A stretch of 64,000 nt of DNA from an uncultured virus (IMG/VR IMGVR_UViG_3300045125_000114) (IMGVR_UViG_3300045125_000114), one strand, 5' to 3'; positions 10,137 through 22,750 are shown, numbered from the stretch's first letter. Made by a program: numbers and translations. Notes: generated from the sequence alone by a model not told the origin.

Positions 10137-11116
10137 CGTTGCTCCTTATCGTGAGGTGTCCGCAAAGACCAGACGGGGAAGTTCCCGTCTGGTGCAACAA
10201 CTACTTTTCGTATTTTGCCTTGAGGCTGGCGAGCAGCGCCTCGTTCGCCCGCTTCACGTTCGGCGGCTTGTTCGGCTTCCCACTTGGGTAGCCACTCCTT
10301 CTGAATGGATAGCCGCTCTTGGTATTCTGCCGTACACCGCTCGTAATACGTCAAACCCGATTCGTAGTTGGGGTTGGGCACTTCTTCCCACTTAACGCAA
10401 ACAATCTCGTCCCCGTAAGCCAAGATGGTTTCACAGTCTTCGGGAATGTCGGCCCGATTGATGGAGTCTTGGCGAAGAAGTTCGACTTGTCGTTTTACCG
10501 TCTTGACCGGCGGTGTCGGAACGTACAAAGGGTAGGGAGAAAACCCCTTCGGGTAATTTGCAAGATTCGGCATCGCTTTCTCCGTATCAGGTTAGTTGGA
10601 ACAGTGAGTGCTTTTTCTCGAACTCGTCAAACGCTTCTTCGTCTAGCGATTCGAGGGCGCTTGTCGAGTGCCTGAATGTCGCCCAGAGAAATCGTGCCGT
10701 CGTCAACGAGCATGGCGAGCATGTGAACCGGATCGCCCCAAGCCTTCTTGACTACTCGGCCCACGGTCAGCGGTGCCGGTTCGATGTTGTTCAGGATTTC
10801 GTTACCCTGACAGTAAATCTTGTCCCAATCCCTTTCCCGCTGGTAGCCGCCGATGTAGGCGTAGCTACCGTCACTGAACTTGATTTCGTGTCGCAGTCCA
10901 GCGGTGCGTTGTTCAACGTAGACGACAAGCCCCTTCTGCCACACCTTGCGACTCGCCACGTCTTTGCGTCGGCCGTCCGGGGCCGGGTTCGTCACATCGG
11001 CAGTCAGCTTGTACCAACCGGTGGGCGGAATCACAGGGCTGAGAAGATTCGACATTTTGTACTCCGTATGGTGTTCGCAAAGACCAGACGGGGAAGTTCC
11101 CGTCTGGTGCAACAAC

Positions 11117-11576
11117 TCAGGCCGCTTTCAGTTCGCCGCTCATGTACTTTTGGGCGGTTTCCTTGTCGGTCGCCGGGGAAACCGACCGGAGCGTGCCGTC
11201 GGTGTTCACCTGCATTACCGTCCACTTGCGGGGCGAGAGTTGGGCGAGAAACTTCTTGCCGGTGTCGGCCGTGTCGCCAACGTACACTTGCTTGGGCGCT
11301 CGCCGCCGACATCGCCCGGTGGGTCACGGCGTAAATGGCGTCCCACAGTGCCACACCCTTGAGGCAATCGGGCCGGGTCTTGCCGGTCAGCCGATGGGCG
11401 TAGTGGTCATCGAAGATGCACCGTTGGGCCAAATCCAAGTCCAGCTTGCCGTAGAACTGCAAGCCCGCCTTGACCTGCGCCACGGCGAACTCCTTGCCGT
11501 CGTTGTCAACCCAAGCGGGCCAACCGTCAAACGTGCCAGCGTTTTCGAGAAGCGTCAGATAACCGGGGACGTGCAT
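11117..11576 (-). CDS. Hypothetical protein (apparent frameshift)
   Basis: MHVPGYLTLL...; the shifted frame ends KYMSGELKAA-stop directly before motif A. Confidence 0.6.
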
Positions 11577-11642
11577 GTTTGCTCCTTATTGTTTGGTGTC
11601 CGCATAGACCAGACGGGAGAAGTCCCGTCTGGTACAACATCT

Positions 11643-11951
11643 TTATGCCGCTTTTTTGAAGTGCTTGAATTGCGGCACATTCGTCAGAGCGTCTTTCGCC
11701 CACTCGTAATCCTCGTCCCGCCAGTGAATGTTTTCACTGAGCCGAACTTCGGACGTGAACGGATAGATGTAAACGGCAATGTCCTTGCCACGATCCAGAC
11801 CGATACCCTTCTCGTCGGCGAAGCCACAGTGAGTTTCTTCGTCAATGTTCCAGCAGTACAACATGCCGTTCGACACGATGCCCCGGAGTTCCCGCCCCAA
11901 CGCCTGCATTTCGGTGCGAGACGGGTCAATCAGGTAATTTTCAACGGCCAT
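11643..11951 (-). CDS. Hypothetical protein
   Basis: Clean 102 aa ORF between two motif A copies; ends FKKAA. Confidence 0.75.
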   Translation of the reverse strand: MAVENYLIDPSRTEMQALGRELRGIVSNGMLYCWNIDEETHCGFADEKGIGLDRGKDIAVYIYPFTSEVRLSENIHWRDEDYEWAKDALTNVPQFKHFKKAA

Positions 11952-12809
11952 CTCTGCTCCTTATGTTTGGTGTCCGCATAGACCAGACGGGGAAGTCCCG
12001 TCCGGTACAACAATTACTTGTCGTTTTTCTCGTTCTCTTTCGGTGCCGGTTTGGTGGCCGAGCCGAGAACCGAGATGCCACAAGCGACGTAGACCTGTTT
12101 GGCATCTACGGGCTTGTCACGCCCCATTTCGGCGTGCTTGGCGTTGATTTGCTTGATGGTTTCCAGACTCCACATGGCCTACCTCCGAGAGAACTTAGGC
12201 TTCAGTTCGGGTTTCTTTTCGGGCTTACGGTTGAAGCTGCCCGTAAACTCGCTCGAAAATCGGTTCGTGTGCTGCGTACACTGGCGTTTTCACCAGAGAC
12301 GCCATGAACGCCGCCATCAGGGAAGCGTTGAAAAGGCCGGTCGCAATGTAGCTGCTGGTGAAGATGAGCAAGCCGCTGACGACCGCCCAACTGATCGACT
12401 TGATGATGGTCTTCTTCAACCTTATGTTCCTTCCTAGTTGTGAAATAAAGTGGCCGGGGCCGGGCGGAAATTAAGCGCTCGTCACGACACCGCCCGCCCC
12501 GGCATTTAACTCAGACGATCACTTGAATGGACTCGTTGATCGTCACGACGGCGAGAACGCCGTGGTAATCTCCCATTTCCTCGAACCAGTAGCGTGCCTC
12601 TTCCAGCACTTCATCGAAGTTCGTGCCCTCAACCGCATCGCCTTCCTCAGTCTGAATCACTTCGTACTCGTCAAGGTCGGAAGTGTAGTAGGCACGGGCC
12701 TGATACCGCACGGGCACTTGGATTGGTTCCGGCATGGCTTTCTTTCCTTATGTTTGAGTTTCGCACACATAGACCAGACGGGGAAGTTCCCGTCTGGTGC
12801 AACAAGTTT

Positions 12810-13112
12810 TCAGATTTCCTTGAAGCTCTTGGCGTCAACCTGAGTGTTGCAACCCGTCTTGACGCTGTACGCCACTCGGAACTCTTTTTCCGGCCACTGA
12901 TCGTAGGGCAGATTTTCCTTCGGCATGACCTTGTGGAACTCGGTTTGCGGCTTCACCAACACGACTTCGCCCTTGTCGAAGGCCACTCCCATCTTGGTTT
13001 TGACCTTCTTCGTGACGACCATCAGCACCCAATTGTCCCAATAGTTCTTGTACTGCGGGTACTGCGTGTGCTTGGCGTCGGCAATCGCAATCAGTTCGGT
13101 TCGCTTGTCCAT
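12810..13112 (-). CDS. Hypothetical protein
   Basis: Clean 100 aa ORF between two motif A copies. Confidence 0.75.
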   Translation of the reverse strand: MDKRTELIAIADAKHTQYPQYKNYWDNWVLMVVTKKVKTKMGVAFDKGEVVLVKPQTEFHKVMPKENLPYDQWPEKEFRVAYSVKTGCNTQVDAKSFKEI

Positions 13113-13859
13113 CTCTGCTCCTTATGTTGGGGACATAGACCAGACGGGGAGCGCCCGTCTGGTGCAACAAGTTTTCAGAATTGCTGGCCTTCTTCGGCGG
13201 CGCTCACACACACTTGGTTGATGAGATTGCGAAGGTCTTTTTCGAGTTTGACCATCGACTCGTGAACCGGATTGCCCATGTAGAACTGGCCTACGCTGCG
13301 GGCACGGTTAATCGCTTCCAGTGCGGTGAACGCCCCGGACAGAGCAACCCCGTAATTCGGGGCCGTGGCGTTCAGCGGCAGCGTGGTGCCGTCCTCGAAC
13401 GTCAGCACGCCCTTTTCGATGCTGACGTGGCCTTCGGTTTGCGCCAGCTTGTCAATTACTTTGGTCACGAAAGCACCTCGAACATGGGTTGATTGGGGCG
13501 AAACTGTTTGCGTGTCCAATTGGCGACCGGCGAAGTGGTTCGCTTCCGCTGGTCGAAGATTTGCGCCGAAACAACTTGGTCTTGGCCGAGATGAGCGTTG
13601 CAGCCGCCCGGCTTCATCGAATCCTCAAGAACCGCAACCCACTTGTCGATGTTTTCGGGAGTGGGCTTGCCCATGTCCTTCACACGCCACTCCTGCGGCG
13701 TGTAGTGATAACCGCTGACGCACTTGAACTCGATTCGGTACGTCCACGTTCGTGACCGGCCCATGATCGTTCTCCTTATGGTGTCCGCATAGACCAGACG
13801 GGGAAGTGCCCGTCCGGTGCAACAACTTACTCTTTTTTCGTAGTCACGAAACGATTTCA

Positions 13860-14020
13860 GAAAAGCAGGAACTCCCCCATTGCAGTTATCGGGGGGAGTC
13901 CCGGTGAGTTACGGTCCATACTCTGCCAATTACCGTTAGTCGTTCCCGGCTACGCCCGTGCGCTCCGGTACTTGACCTCACCTGCCCCACTCAACAGAGG
14001 TTTACGCCTCTATAGTTTAG
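13860..14020 (-). ncRNA. Candidate structured ncRNA occupying a motif-A-bounded slot
   Basis: No convincing ORF; GGTGAG/CTCACC, GCAGG/CCTGC and GGACTCCCC/GGGGAGTTCC pairings, then a T-run. Confidence 0.45.
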
Positions 14021-14687
14021 TGGCACAAAGACCAGACGGGGAAGTGCCCGTCTGGTACAACAATTTACCAAAATAAAGCAACTGCCCCGGCGATGATTCC
14101 GACAGTCGAAACGATGCCACAGTAGAACGGGCGCTTGTACCGGGAATCCATCGAACGATGCTGAAACCCGATTTTCTCTAGGCACCAGTCCAACGGAAGC
14201 CCGATCAGCATGAACAGCAGAATGAAAGTATCCAGCATGACTGACGGTTCCTTATCGTTAGAGGTTCGCAGAGGGACGCCGGGCGGCGCAATGTTTGTCT
14301 GCGGTGGTTAGCCGCCTGTTTGTGTAAGCCGCCCGGCGTCGTGTATTACGCCTTGACCTTGAACTTGCCCCGGTTCGCTTCGATGAACTCCCGAACCCGC
14401 TGCACGCCCTCTTCGCTGAACAGTTCTTCCGCTTGCGGCAGACTCATGTTGACCGGGAAGCGGAAGCCGTCGAAATTGATCTTGAGCCAACCCTTGTCGC
14501 CGATGTCCAGCTTGAACGGCTTTTTCGCCAGAGCCGCCAGCTTGTCGGTCATTTCGTCCAGCGTGATGCGCCCGGCCTTGAAGTCTGCGGCGATTTCTTC
14601 CTTCGTCATCTTCGTTCCCCTTAGTGGTTAGTGGTTCAGACATAGACTAGACGGGAGTAGTGCCGTCCGGTACAACAACTTTTTCAG

Positions 14688-14751
14688 TGGAGCCGCCCGG
14701 AGTCGAACCGGGTTAGCAATTTCGGCTGTGTCGCCACTACACTGCGGCCCC
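14688..14751 (-). ncRNA. Miniature tRNA-Ala-like RNA with truncated anticodon arm
   Basis: GGGGCCG/CGGCTCC-A acceptor (G3:U70, A73), D arm GTGT...ACAC, T arm CCCGG-TTCGACT-CCGGG, only a 3-bp AGC/GCT stem in the anticodon position. Confidence 0.65.
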
Positions 14752-17129
14752 GATTACATCAGTTCGCAACCCGTCCGGCGTTGGGGCGAATCCTCACGTC
14801 TTCGGCGAACATCGGCTTGGCGACCTGAACCGGAATGATTCGGAACTTCCAAGTGTTGCCGGTCTTGCTCTTGACCGTCAGAACGTCACCGACTTGGCCC
14901 TGCGACTTGACCGGAATGGTCACGTCGTCGCCGTTCTCACAGAGGAACGAGTACCCGCCGGGGCGCTCGATCAACTTCCCGGTGTAGTCCATCATGCCGG
15001 AAAACTCGCCGGTGCCCTCACCGCTCAAACCGATCAGCTTGGCCTTCTGCATCGTCGCTCCTTAGTTGGGTTGTGCCGCACAGGGTACAAAAGTTAAAGA
15101 TAAGGGGGCGGGCCAATTGTTGCCGCCCCCTTGTGTTCTTTTCAGCCGTCAGAGAAAGCCTGATGGGAATTGTCGCACCGTTTTCACCCTCACCACGGAT
15201 TTCCATTACGTCGGGGTTAGTGGGGCCACTTCGCAAGGTCGGCCTCGATAACCGTGCCGGGCTTTCCCCGGCACGATTCAAGTCCAGTGCATGGCTTTAC
15301 TATCTCGCTTATCGGCGGGCAGTTCTGAGAATCCCCCGCCCGGTTTGCCCCTTCTTACATTCCGAATTGCAGGCGGAACAGTTCGTCAATGTCGTCCGTG
15401 TCCATGTGCCCGCCCAACTCTGCCGAAATGTCGGCCTTCACACGCTCAAGCACGGACTCCTTGAGCGTATCCATGTGCTGCGCCACCAGAACCGGCAGCG
15501 ACGGGTTCACGGCGATTGTCGCCCACATCTCTTCGCCCACCGACTCACGGAACAGCTTCAACTGCGATGCCGGGTCTTTGGGCAGACCTTCCTTCACACG
15601 CTTCAGAATCGGCTCAAGAGTTTCCAACTGGTACTTCTCGGCATCGACACCGAGCGCCTTCGCCCGTTCCTCCGTCGCCGTTTCCATCTTGTTGAGAAGG
15701 TTGAGAATCTTGATTTGACTCAGTGGGTCCATTTTTACTCCGGTTTGGGTGCTTCGCACATAGACCAGACGGGAGAGGTGCCGATCTGGTGCAAGTTCTT
15801 TACTGATTTTCCAGCCACTCAACAAGCTCGCCGTCTTCCGTCACGCCGGGCACCTTCCAACCACACACCTTGCACTGGAATCGTTCGGTAGTGGCGTCCG
15901 TGATTTCCGGTCGCCGTAAATCACTTCGCCGTCTTCAACAGATACGTTGGTGACAACGTATGCGTCCGATTGGCAGCATTCGAGTTGAGTTCCGCCACAC
16001 GACGGACACTTGAAAACAGGATTTTCCATATGTTTGTTTCCGGTTCGGGGTTGTCGCACATAGACCAGACGGGAGAGGTGCCGTCTGGTGCAAGTTCTTT
16101 TAGCTTTTTTCCGCCTCGGCCGCACCCATCTTCTTGAACGAAGTGGCCGAAGAACCGAACGCCAGCGCCGTGAAGTCCACGTCTTCGCTCTTGAGTAGAT
16201 GAATGCTGCGAAGAAGGTTGGCGTCGGCCAGTTCCCGCATGATGCGAGACAGTTCCCAATACAACAGCACCCGACCGTCTGCCAACACAATCCCCTTGTC
16301 GCCCACTTCGTCAATGATCGGTTCGGACACGTTCATTCCCCCGTAAAATATTGGTCAACGAAACTTTCGGCGAGCCACCGGACAGAAGGAAAATCCTTAC
16401 GCTACGCCAATCCGCTTCTCGTTGTCAGTAGATTTCCGTCACCCGCTGGAACTGACTCGCACTGCGCGTATCTCGGCCGGGTCTTCACAACCCGCTCGCC
16501 TTCGCAACAGTTCTCGCAACTGGTTCTGCGAACCGTGCCGAGAATACCATACAGGTTATCCCAACGGGCAGTCCTTGCGAGCGTCGAACTCGGTCAGAGG
16601 AATGTCAGAAGGAACTACCGACTCGATACGTCGAGCGGCACCAACAAAAATTGCTTCGGTAATCAGAACCAACTGGTTCCGGTTAAAAATCGCAGACATT
16701 AGGACACATTACCCTTGACGGTTTTGACCGTCCTTGTACTCTTTCAGAAGCCTTTCGTACTTCTCTTTGGCCTTGCGGATTCGTTCGTCCACTTTAGCCA
16801 TTGCGGACGGCGTGTTGCACCGCTCCCCGTAACCACGATCAGCAAGCTCTCGCCAACGACGATAAGCCTCTTCCCACGGTTGCATAAGCACTCCTTATGT
16901 TGGTTCCAGCACAAAGACCAGACGGGCACACACCCGTCTGGTGCAACAACTATCCTTCAATTTCGGGAGCTGCCAATGTCTACGTTGGTCACGTCCACCA
17001 GTTCGTCCTTGACCTCGTGCGCCGTCGCCCCGTCCTCTTCAATCCTCGAAACGGCGTCTGCGGCGCTGTCGGCCTCTACAACACATTCGACACGGTAGAT
17101 GCGAGTTTCGTTCACGACGACACGGTATT

Positions 17130-17651
17130 TCATACCAACTCCCCATTCTCGTAAAACTCGTACTCGTTTCCGTCCATCCACTCGGCGAAGTTTGCATCCT
17201 CGAACGAGCCTTCGTACTCGTTCTCCGTGTCCTTCAACAGTTCCCGGAACGCCGCTTCCATCAGCTTGTTCACGTCCCGCTCGCCGCCCCGGAACGCCTT
17301 GCGGAAGCCGTCAATGCAACTCTCGTCCCAACACCAACCCGTCAGCTTGCAGTCGCCGATGCCCCGCCCGGTGCGGCGGTTGTACCGGCCCAGAGATTGA
17401 AGCCGCCGCTTGATTTCACGGCCACTCAGTTCCGGCATGTCGAACGTCATGCGGGAATAGCTGCCGCCCGTCCAGTCGATGCTCCAATCGTCAATCTTCC
17501 CGTCGAAGTGTTCCGCCAGTGCCGTGATGCTTTTCATCGCTTCGTGGTCGGAGCGAAACCCGTCTTCTCGGAAATGATCTTTCGCCCGTTCCTTCGCCCG
17601 TTGCGTCGGCAGTTCGGAGAACTTGTAGATGGTGATGGTTTCAGTTCGCAT
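17130..17651 (-). CDS. Hypothetical phage protein (MRTxxxxIYKFSEL...NEYEFxENG type)
   Basis: Terminal motifs recalled from uncharacterised phage proteins; RBS and motif A upstream. Confidence 0.65.
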   Translation of the reverse strand: MRTETITIYKFSELPTQRAKERAKDHFREDGFRSDHEAMKSITALAEHFDGKIDDWSIDWTGGSYSRMTFDMPELSGREIKRRLQSLGRYNRRTGRGIGDCKLTGWCWDESCIDGFRKAFRGGERDVNKLMEAAFRELLKDTENEYEGSFEDANFAEWMDGNEYEFYENGELV

Positions 17652-18834
17652 GACCGACCTCCGTATTTGTTTCGTTCGCACATAGACTAGACGGGAGTAA
17701 CCCCGCCTAGTGCAACATCACGCCGCTTCAATTTCGGAATTGAACACGAGCGTGGCCGTGCCAGTGCGCTCGAATCGAACGGTCGGGTTGCCGTTTTCGA
17801 CGTACACCACTTCGCCCACGTCGCCCTTTTCGGCGTGAATGTACGCCCCCGCCGGGAACTTAGCCGCCGGGTCGCCCTCAGTGCCGCTCTCGGTAATCTG
17901 CTTCGTTGCCTTGACCTTTGTTCCGACTTCCATCACTGCCCCCTTAGACAGAAAGGATTTCGATTTTGTCCACGTCCGGCGTCAGGAATTGCACCAGCAA
18001 CTCAGCCGCCTTTTCTTTCGTCACCACCGTGCCGAGATTGTCGTGATCGTGGTAACGCTTCTCGTCAACGTAGTACCCGGTCGCCGGTTTGTACTGAACC
18101 GGATACTTACCCGCCTGACCTTCGTACTTCACCAAGCATGGCGATACATACTGTACTCCCATTTGCGTGATCGTTTGTAGAAGAACGTCGGAGCCCTGAG
18201 CTCCCCAACTGTCGGTCATTTCGTTCCAAATGATGAGCATGGCATTACCGACACTTGCGGCAGCGTACTGACCGTCACCGCAAGTGCCCGGATGAACCAC
18301 CGCGGGCACAGTTCACCACGTTGCCCATCTCGTGGCCGTGCCGCTTCTCCACTTCCGACTTCCAACGCTTGATCGTTGAACACAATCGACAGTTTTCGGT
18401 CGCGCATGACGTTCCTTATGGTTTGAGTTACGCAGAAAAGCCGGGCGAGAATCAGGACGGATTGAGTACCGTTCTGGCTGTCCCCGCCCGGCCGTGTCTA
18501 CGCCACCTTCTTCGTCACACCGAGAAGAGTGACCTCGGCACCGTTGGCGTTGGCATTCAGGGTGAACTTCCGGCGACTCCGGTTCTTCACGGTGATCGAA
18601 CCGACCACCTTCGCCCGCCGACAGGTCGGTTTCCGCCACCGAAACCGTCACCGCCGTGATCGTCCCTTGCTTTTTGGAGTTGGCGATTTCCGCCAGCGTC
18701 CCGAAAGCCATCTCAACCGCCGCCCCGACCGTTTGCAGTGCCGTCATTTTCGTTCCCCTTGTGTTAGTGTTACCGACATAGACCAGACGGGCGAGCTACC
18801 AACTGGTGCAACTTCTTTTTCTTTTTCACCGCCA

Positions 18835-19350
18835 TTACGACTCGTGAACCGGACGGAGCGACTGACACTTCACACAAATGTCGCCCTCACCGCCCGGCCC
18901 CGGAATGCACTCACGTTCGTCCACCAACTCGTGACACTTGATACAGTTCACCGAATGCCGATCAACCCAATCGAGAGTGTGAATCGGTACGTCAAAGACT
19001 TCCGGCAAGAAATCTTCTTCTCGGTACGGATGGGGAACGTCAATCTCTTTGCTCTCGACAATGCGAGCGCCCACAAGGTTGAAAGCCCGATTGACCCACA
19101 GCATCAGATGTTCGGCCGTCAACCCCATGTACGGCAATACCCAAACGGTCGCTTCCCACTTGCCCGGTTCGTACTCGTGCGGGCCAACCGATTCGCCGCC
19201 ACACTGGTCATACGCCCAATCGAGCAACGGGTGTTCGTCCGACCACATGCCATCTTCCGACAACAGGCCGCTCACCCAATCGCAAGCGCCACCGTTGGCG
19301 GAATCGCCGGTGTCAAACTTAATTTCCAATTTGTAAGCCGTAGCTTGCAT
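18835..19350 (-). CDS. Acidic hypothetical protein with C-terminal CxxC...CxxC zinc ribbon
   Basis: CIKC...CVKC; flanked by motif A. Confidence 0.65.
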   Translation of the reverse strand: MQATAYKLEIKFDTGDSANGGACDWVSGLLSEDGMWSDEHPLLDWAYDQCGGESVGPHEYEPGKWEATVWVLPYMGLTAEHLMLWVNRAFNLVGARIVESKEIDVPHPYREEDFLPEVFDVPIHTLDWVDRHSVNCIKCHELVDERECIPGPGGEGDICVKCQSLRPVHES

Positions 19351-21359
19351 CTCGCTCCCCTATGTTGGTTAAACGCACAAAGACCAGACGGGCCGAAACC
19401 CGTCTGGTACAACAAATTACCTGACCTTTTTCAACGCTGCGTCGATCACACTCAACACCGGGCGATCATCGACCACGGCCTGCAGCTCGGTTCGCCATGT
19501 ACGCCGGGCCTTCAAGCACGTCCTCACGCAACACTTCCAGAGCGTGCTTGATTACGGCAATTTCGTCGTGGAGTAAATTGCAAGATTCACACCGTTAGGA
19601 AGTAGGAGAAAGAAATCTCGATCTTCGGCATGTAGCCGCCCGTATCGGTCTTCGTGTAGATGTTCACACGCCAATCCTTCTCGCCAACCGGGGTTGCCGT
19701 CACTTTCAGAAAGCCCGCCGGAACGCCGCCCGCCTTCTCAAAGGCCAGCTTCACGGCCTTCTCCCGGTTCGACTTCTCCACGTTCTCCGGCTTCGCTGCG
19801 ATTTGCTTTTCCAACTCGTGCCTCTTGCTCACGCCGCTCCTGAATCTCGGCCTCATCGCCCCAATTTACGAGCATTTTTGTTCCCCTTCGGAATAAGACA
19901 CACATCCAAAGACCAGACGGGGATATTCCCTCTGGGTGCAAGATGTATTTAGGCGTCAAACGCCTTGCCCGGCTTCGTGTAGATTTCCACACGGTTCCCG
20001 CCCACCGGATTCCAAACGTGTTCGTCCGGCGTGCGCCCCGTCGAAGGCGTCGGATTCTTCGCCTTATTACGGTAGTGTGTCCACCACACAAGTTTGTCGC
20101 CTTCGCTCGCCAGAGTTTTGCTCCAATCGGTCATGCTCAGGCCGCTCTCGCCCAAGCCAATGTAATTCCAATTGCTGCCCTTCTCTGCGATTACTTCGTG
20201 CCGCTTCTTGTCGTAAAATGACCACACTTCGTCAATGGTGTTCAGCGTGACAACCAACTTGTTGTCGTGGTAAATGTCATAAGCGATGTTCTCGACTCCG
20301 TACCCATTCGCCATCAATTCGACGCTCGCTTGCCATATCGTTTCTCCGTTGAGTGTGCCGTGTAAGGTACAAATGTCTAACCGCCGTACAGAAAAAAGAG
20401 GGCCGAAGCCCTCTTTCGTTACTCCCGGTCCAACCGCTGTAGGCCCAATTCGTCGCCCGTCAGTTCCTTGCGGGGGATTTCCGACAACACCCGCCCGTAG
20501 AGGTTCAGGACGTTTTCAACCTTGCGGTCGGCGTACACACACGACATATCGAGGTCTTCGTCAATTTCACTGACAATCGCCTCAGTCAGTGCCGCCCGAT
20601 CTTCGCCGTCGTCCGGTTCGGTCAGTTCGTAATCGAAGGGGAAGAAATAGGCGCTCCAACCTTCTGCCTTTAGCTGCGGGTCTTCGGTGTTCTTCACCTC
20701 ATCGACCCAAGCCGCTTCTGCGTCGTCCTTGTCCCAATAGAAATTGAAACCGGCCCCGCCGTCGTACTGCCACGCCACAACCCAAACGGTGATCTTCGCC
20801 ATGTCGCCCCCTATGGTTGAAGTGTCCGCACAGACCAGACGGGGAAGGCCCGTCCGGTGCAACATCTTTACTGTTCCAAGTCGCCCGCATACAGCACCGC
20901 CTCAAACCCGTCAGGAAGCTGCACAGTTACCGTGTCTTCCCGCTCGTCAACGGCGATAACCTTCAGCGAGTGCCCACGGGGAAACATCGTCTCGATTTCT
21001 TCGCCCGTGTCCGGGTTGCTCGCCTCAACAAAGAACATTTGATTCTTCGTTTGAACCCTGTCGCCCACCTTCGGCAGTCCGCTCACACGCTCAAAACGCC
21101 GATGAGCCTTCTGCATCAAACTTACCGCCGTCGCACGGTCGGATACAGCCGATAGCTTTTCTTTCAGACCGGCGAAGTATTCCGTGTCCGGCAATTGCTT
21201 GGCGTATAAAGCCGCCACATCCAGAACATCCGCCGTCAGTTCCCGCTTGTCGAAGTATTTCGCTTCGCCAACCATTGTTGCACTTTCTTCGACCGTCATG
21301 TTTTTTCTCCGTATGAGTGTCCGCACAGACCAGACGGGAAAGGCCCGTCCGGTGCAACA

Positions 21360-21869
21360 TCACGAACGAACTTTGTACGTCACGCCGTCGAAATCAACGT
21401 CGGTGTAGTCGCTTTCGAGGTTTTCCGCTGTGGCGTCCCAATCAATCACGATGTAGGAAGGCATGTTCCGGGGCAAGTCGCCCAAATCGTCAACCAACTG
21501 CTTGACGTACTCGGACCAATAGCTCTCCCGAACCATCGTCGCACCGTCCGACCAATCCGACGTGGCGCTCTCGCCCTCTTCGTTCACAGCTTCCAACACC
21601 TTCAACTCGTCGCCGTTGTCAGTGTCCCAATCGTCCAACTCATCAACGAGCGATTCACGTTCGTCAACCAGATTGTTCATCTGGTCTTCCTCTTCGTCGT
21701 TCCGCTCGTCGTTATCCTGCAAATCCTTGAGCAGTTCGCCCTTCTCGTCGTCCCAAGCGTTAATGGCGTCCTTCAACGCCTCACGTTCGCCCTTCAACTC
21801 TTCCAGACGGGAAACAATGTCCCGGCTGTCAATCACATCGTCGGTGTTGTCGATGGTATGGCGGGCCAT
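21360..21869 (-). CDS. ArdA-like acidic antirestriction (DNA mimic) protein
   Basis: Very D/E-rich; C-terminal MPSYIVIDWDATAENLESDY resembles the ArdA C-terminal YIDxExxARDL motif. Confidence 0.5.
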   Translation of the reverse strand: MARHTIDNTDDVIDSRDIVSRLEELKGEREALKDAINAWDDEKGELLKDLQDNDERNDEEEDQMNNLVDERESLVDELDDWDTDNGDELKVLEAVNEEGESATSDWSDGATMVRESYWSEYVKQLVDDLGDLPRNMPSYIVIDWDATAENLESDYTDVDFDGVTYKVRS

Positions 21870-21942
21870 GTCATTTTCCCCTTGTTCGGTGTCCGCATAG
21901 ACCAGACGGGAGAAGCCCCGTCTGGTACAACATCTTTAGAAA

Positions 21943-22750
21943 TTAAGCGGCCATCGCCAGAGCGTACCGCTTGCTTGCCTCAATTACACGCCCGACGCCT
22001 TCCGTTTTGCCGCCGCTACCGTGTGCGGCAATCACAACCGAATACCGAACGTCGCTGGCGTCACGTCGGCCGTTGCAAGCCGCCGCACGTCTCACACGTC
22101 TTCGTAAAACCCGCTTCCTCACTCGCCGGACAAACAATTTCCGCCTTGCTCTTGTCGGCAAGATTCGTCACCGTGCGGAACGTGCGCCAAGCCCATCGCC
22201 TTAGCACGCTCACACTCTTCTACCGAGTGCGTACTCGCCATGATGCGGGTAGACCAATCGGAGAAACGAACGTCGGCCCATTGGTGAGTGTAACCCGGTT
22301 GCGCCTTCCCGGTGCAAAGTGCCGACAACTTATCCCACGCCTTCATCGGGATTGCTACCGGGTCGCCGTAACTACCGTAACGCAAACCCCGGCCCACAAA
22401 CTTCTTAGCGTGCGACTTCGCCAACTTCGGGTATCTACCCTTTTTGAACGAACGGTAAACCGCCAGCGGTGCCTGTTGCACAAGGACGTAGCAACTCCGG
22501 CCCTTGTTCCGAAGCCCGTCGGCCGTCTGAACTACCGTCCCACGAAGCGGACAGTTACCACAAATTGCCGAATCCGCCCCGGTGTTCAACGCTTGCGTCG
22601 GTTCAACGTCGGTGCGAATGATCCACGTCTGAACCAGATTGCCCGTCTTCCCGTTCTTCAGTGCCGAACGTCGCAACGCCCACAATGGGCGAACCGTCAA
22701 TCATCGACGGCCCCTGATAGAACACCACACCACGAAGTTTGCTTCGCCAT
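21943..22750 (-). CDS. Cys-rich putative Fe-S (radical-SAM-like/gp88-like) phage protein, frameshifted
   Basis: KTGNLVQTWI, ICGNCP...CYV, LRYGSYGDP, YTHQW; a C-terminal Cys cluster lies in another frame; ends AMAA. Confidence 0.55.

Noticed and set aside
14688..14751. tmRNA gene
   Set aside because: The ends resemble tmRNA but are only 64 nt apart, with no tag ORF or pseudoknots.
16345..16700. Possible large ncRNA
   Set aside because: It begins with a plausible ORF (MSAIFNRNQLVLITEAIF...) that appears to continue after a frameshift, so it is probably coding.
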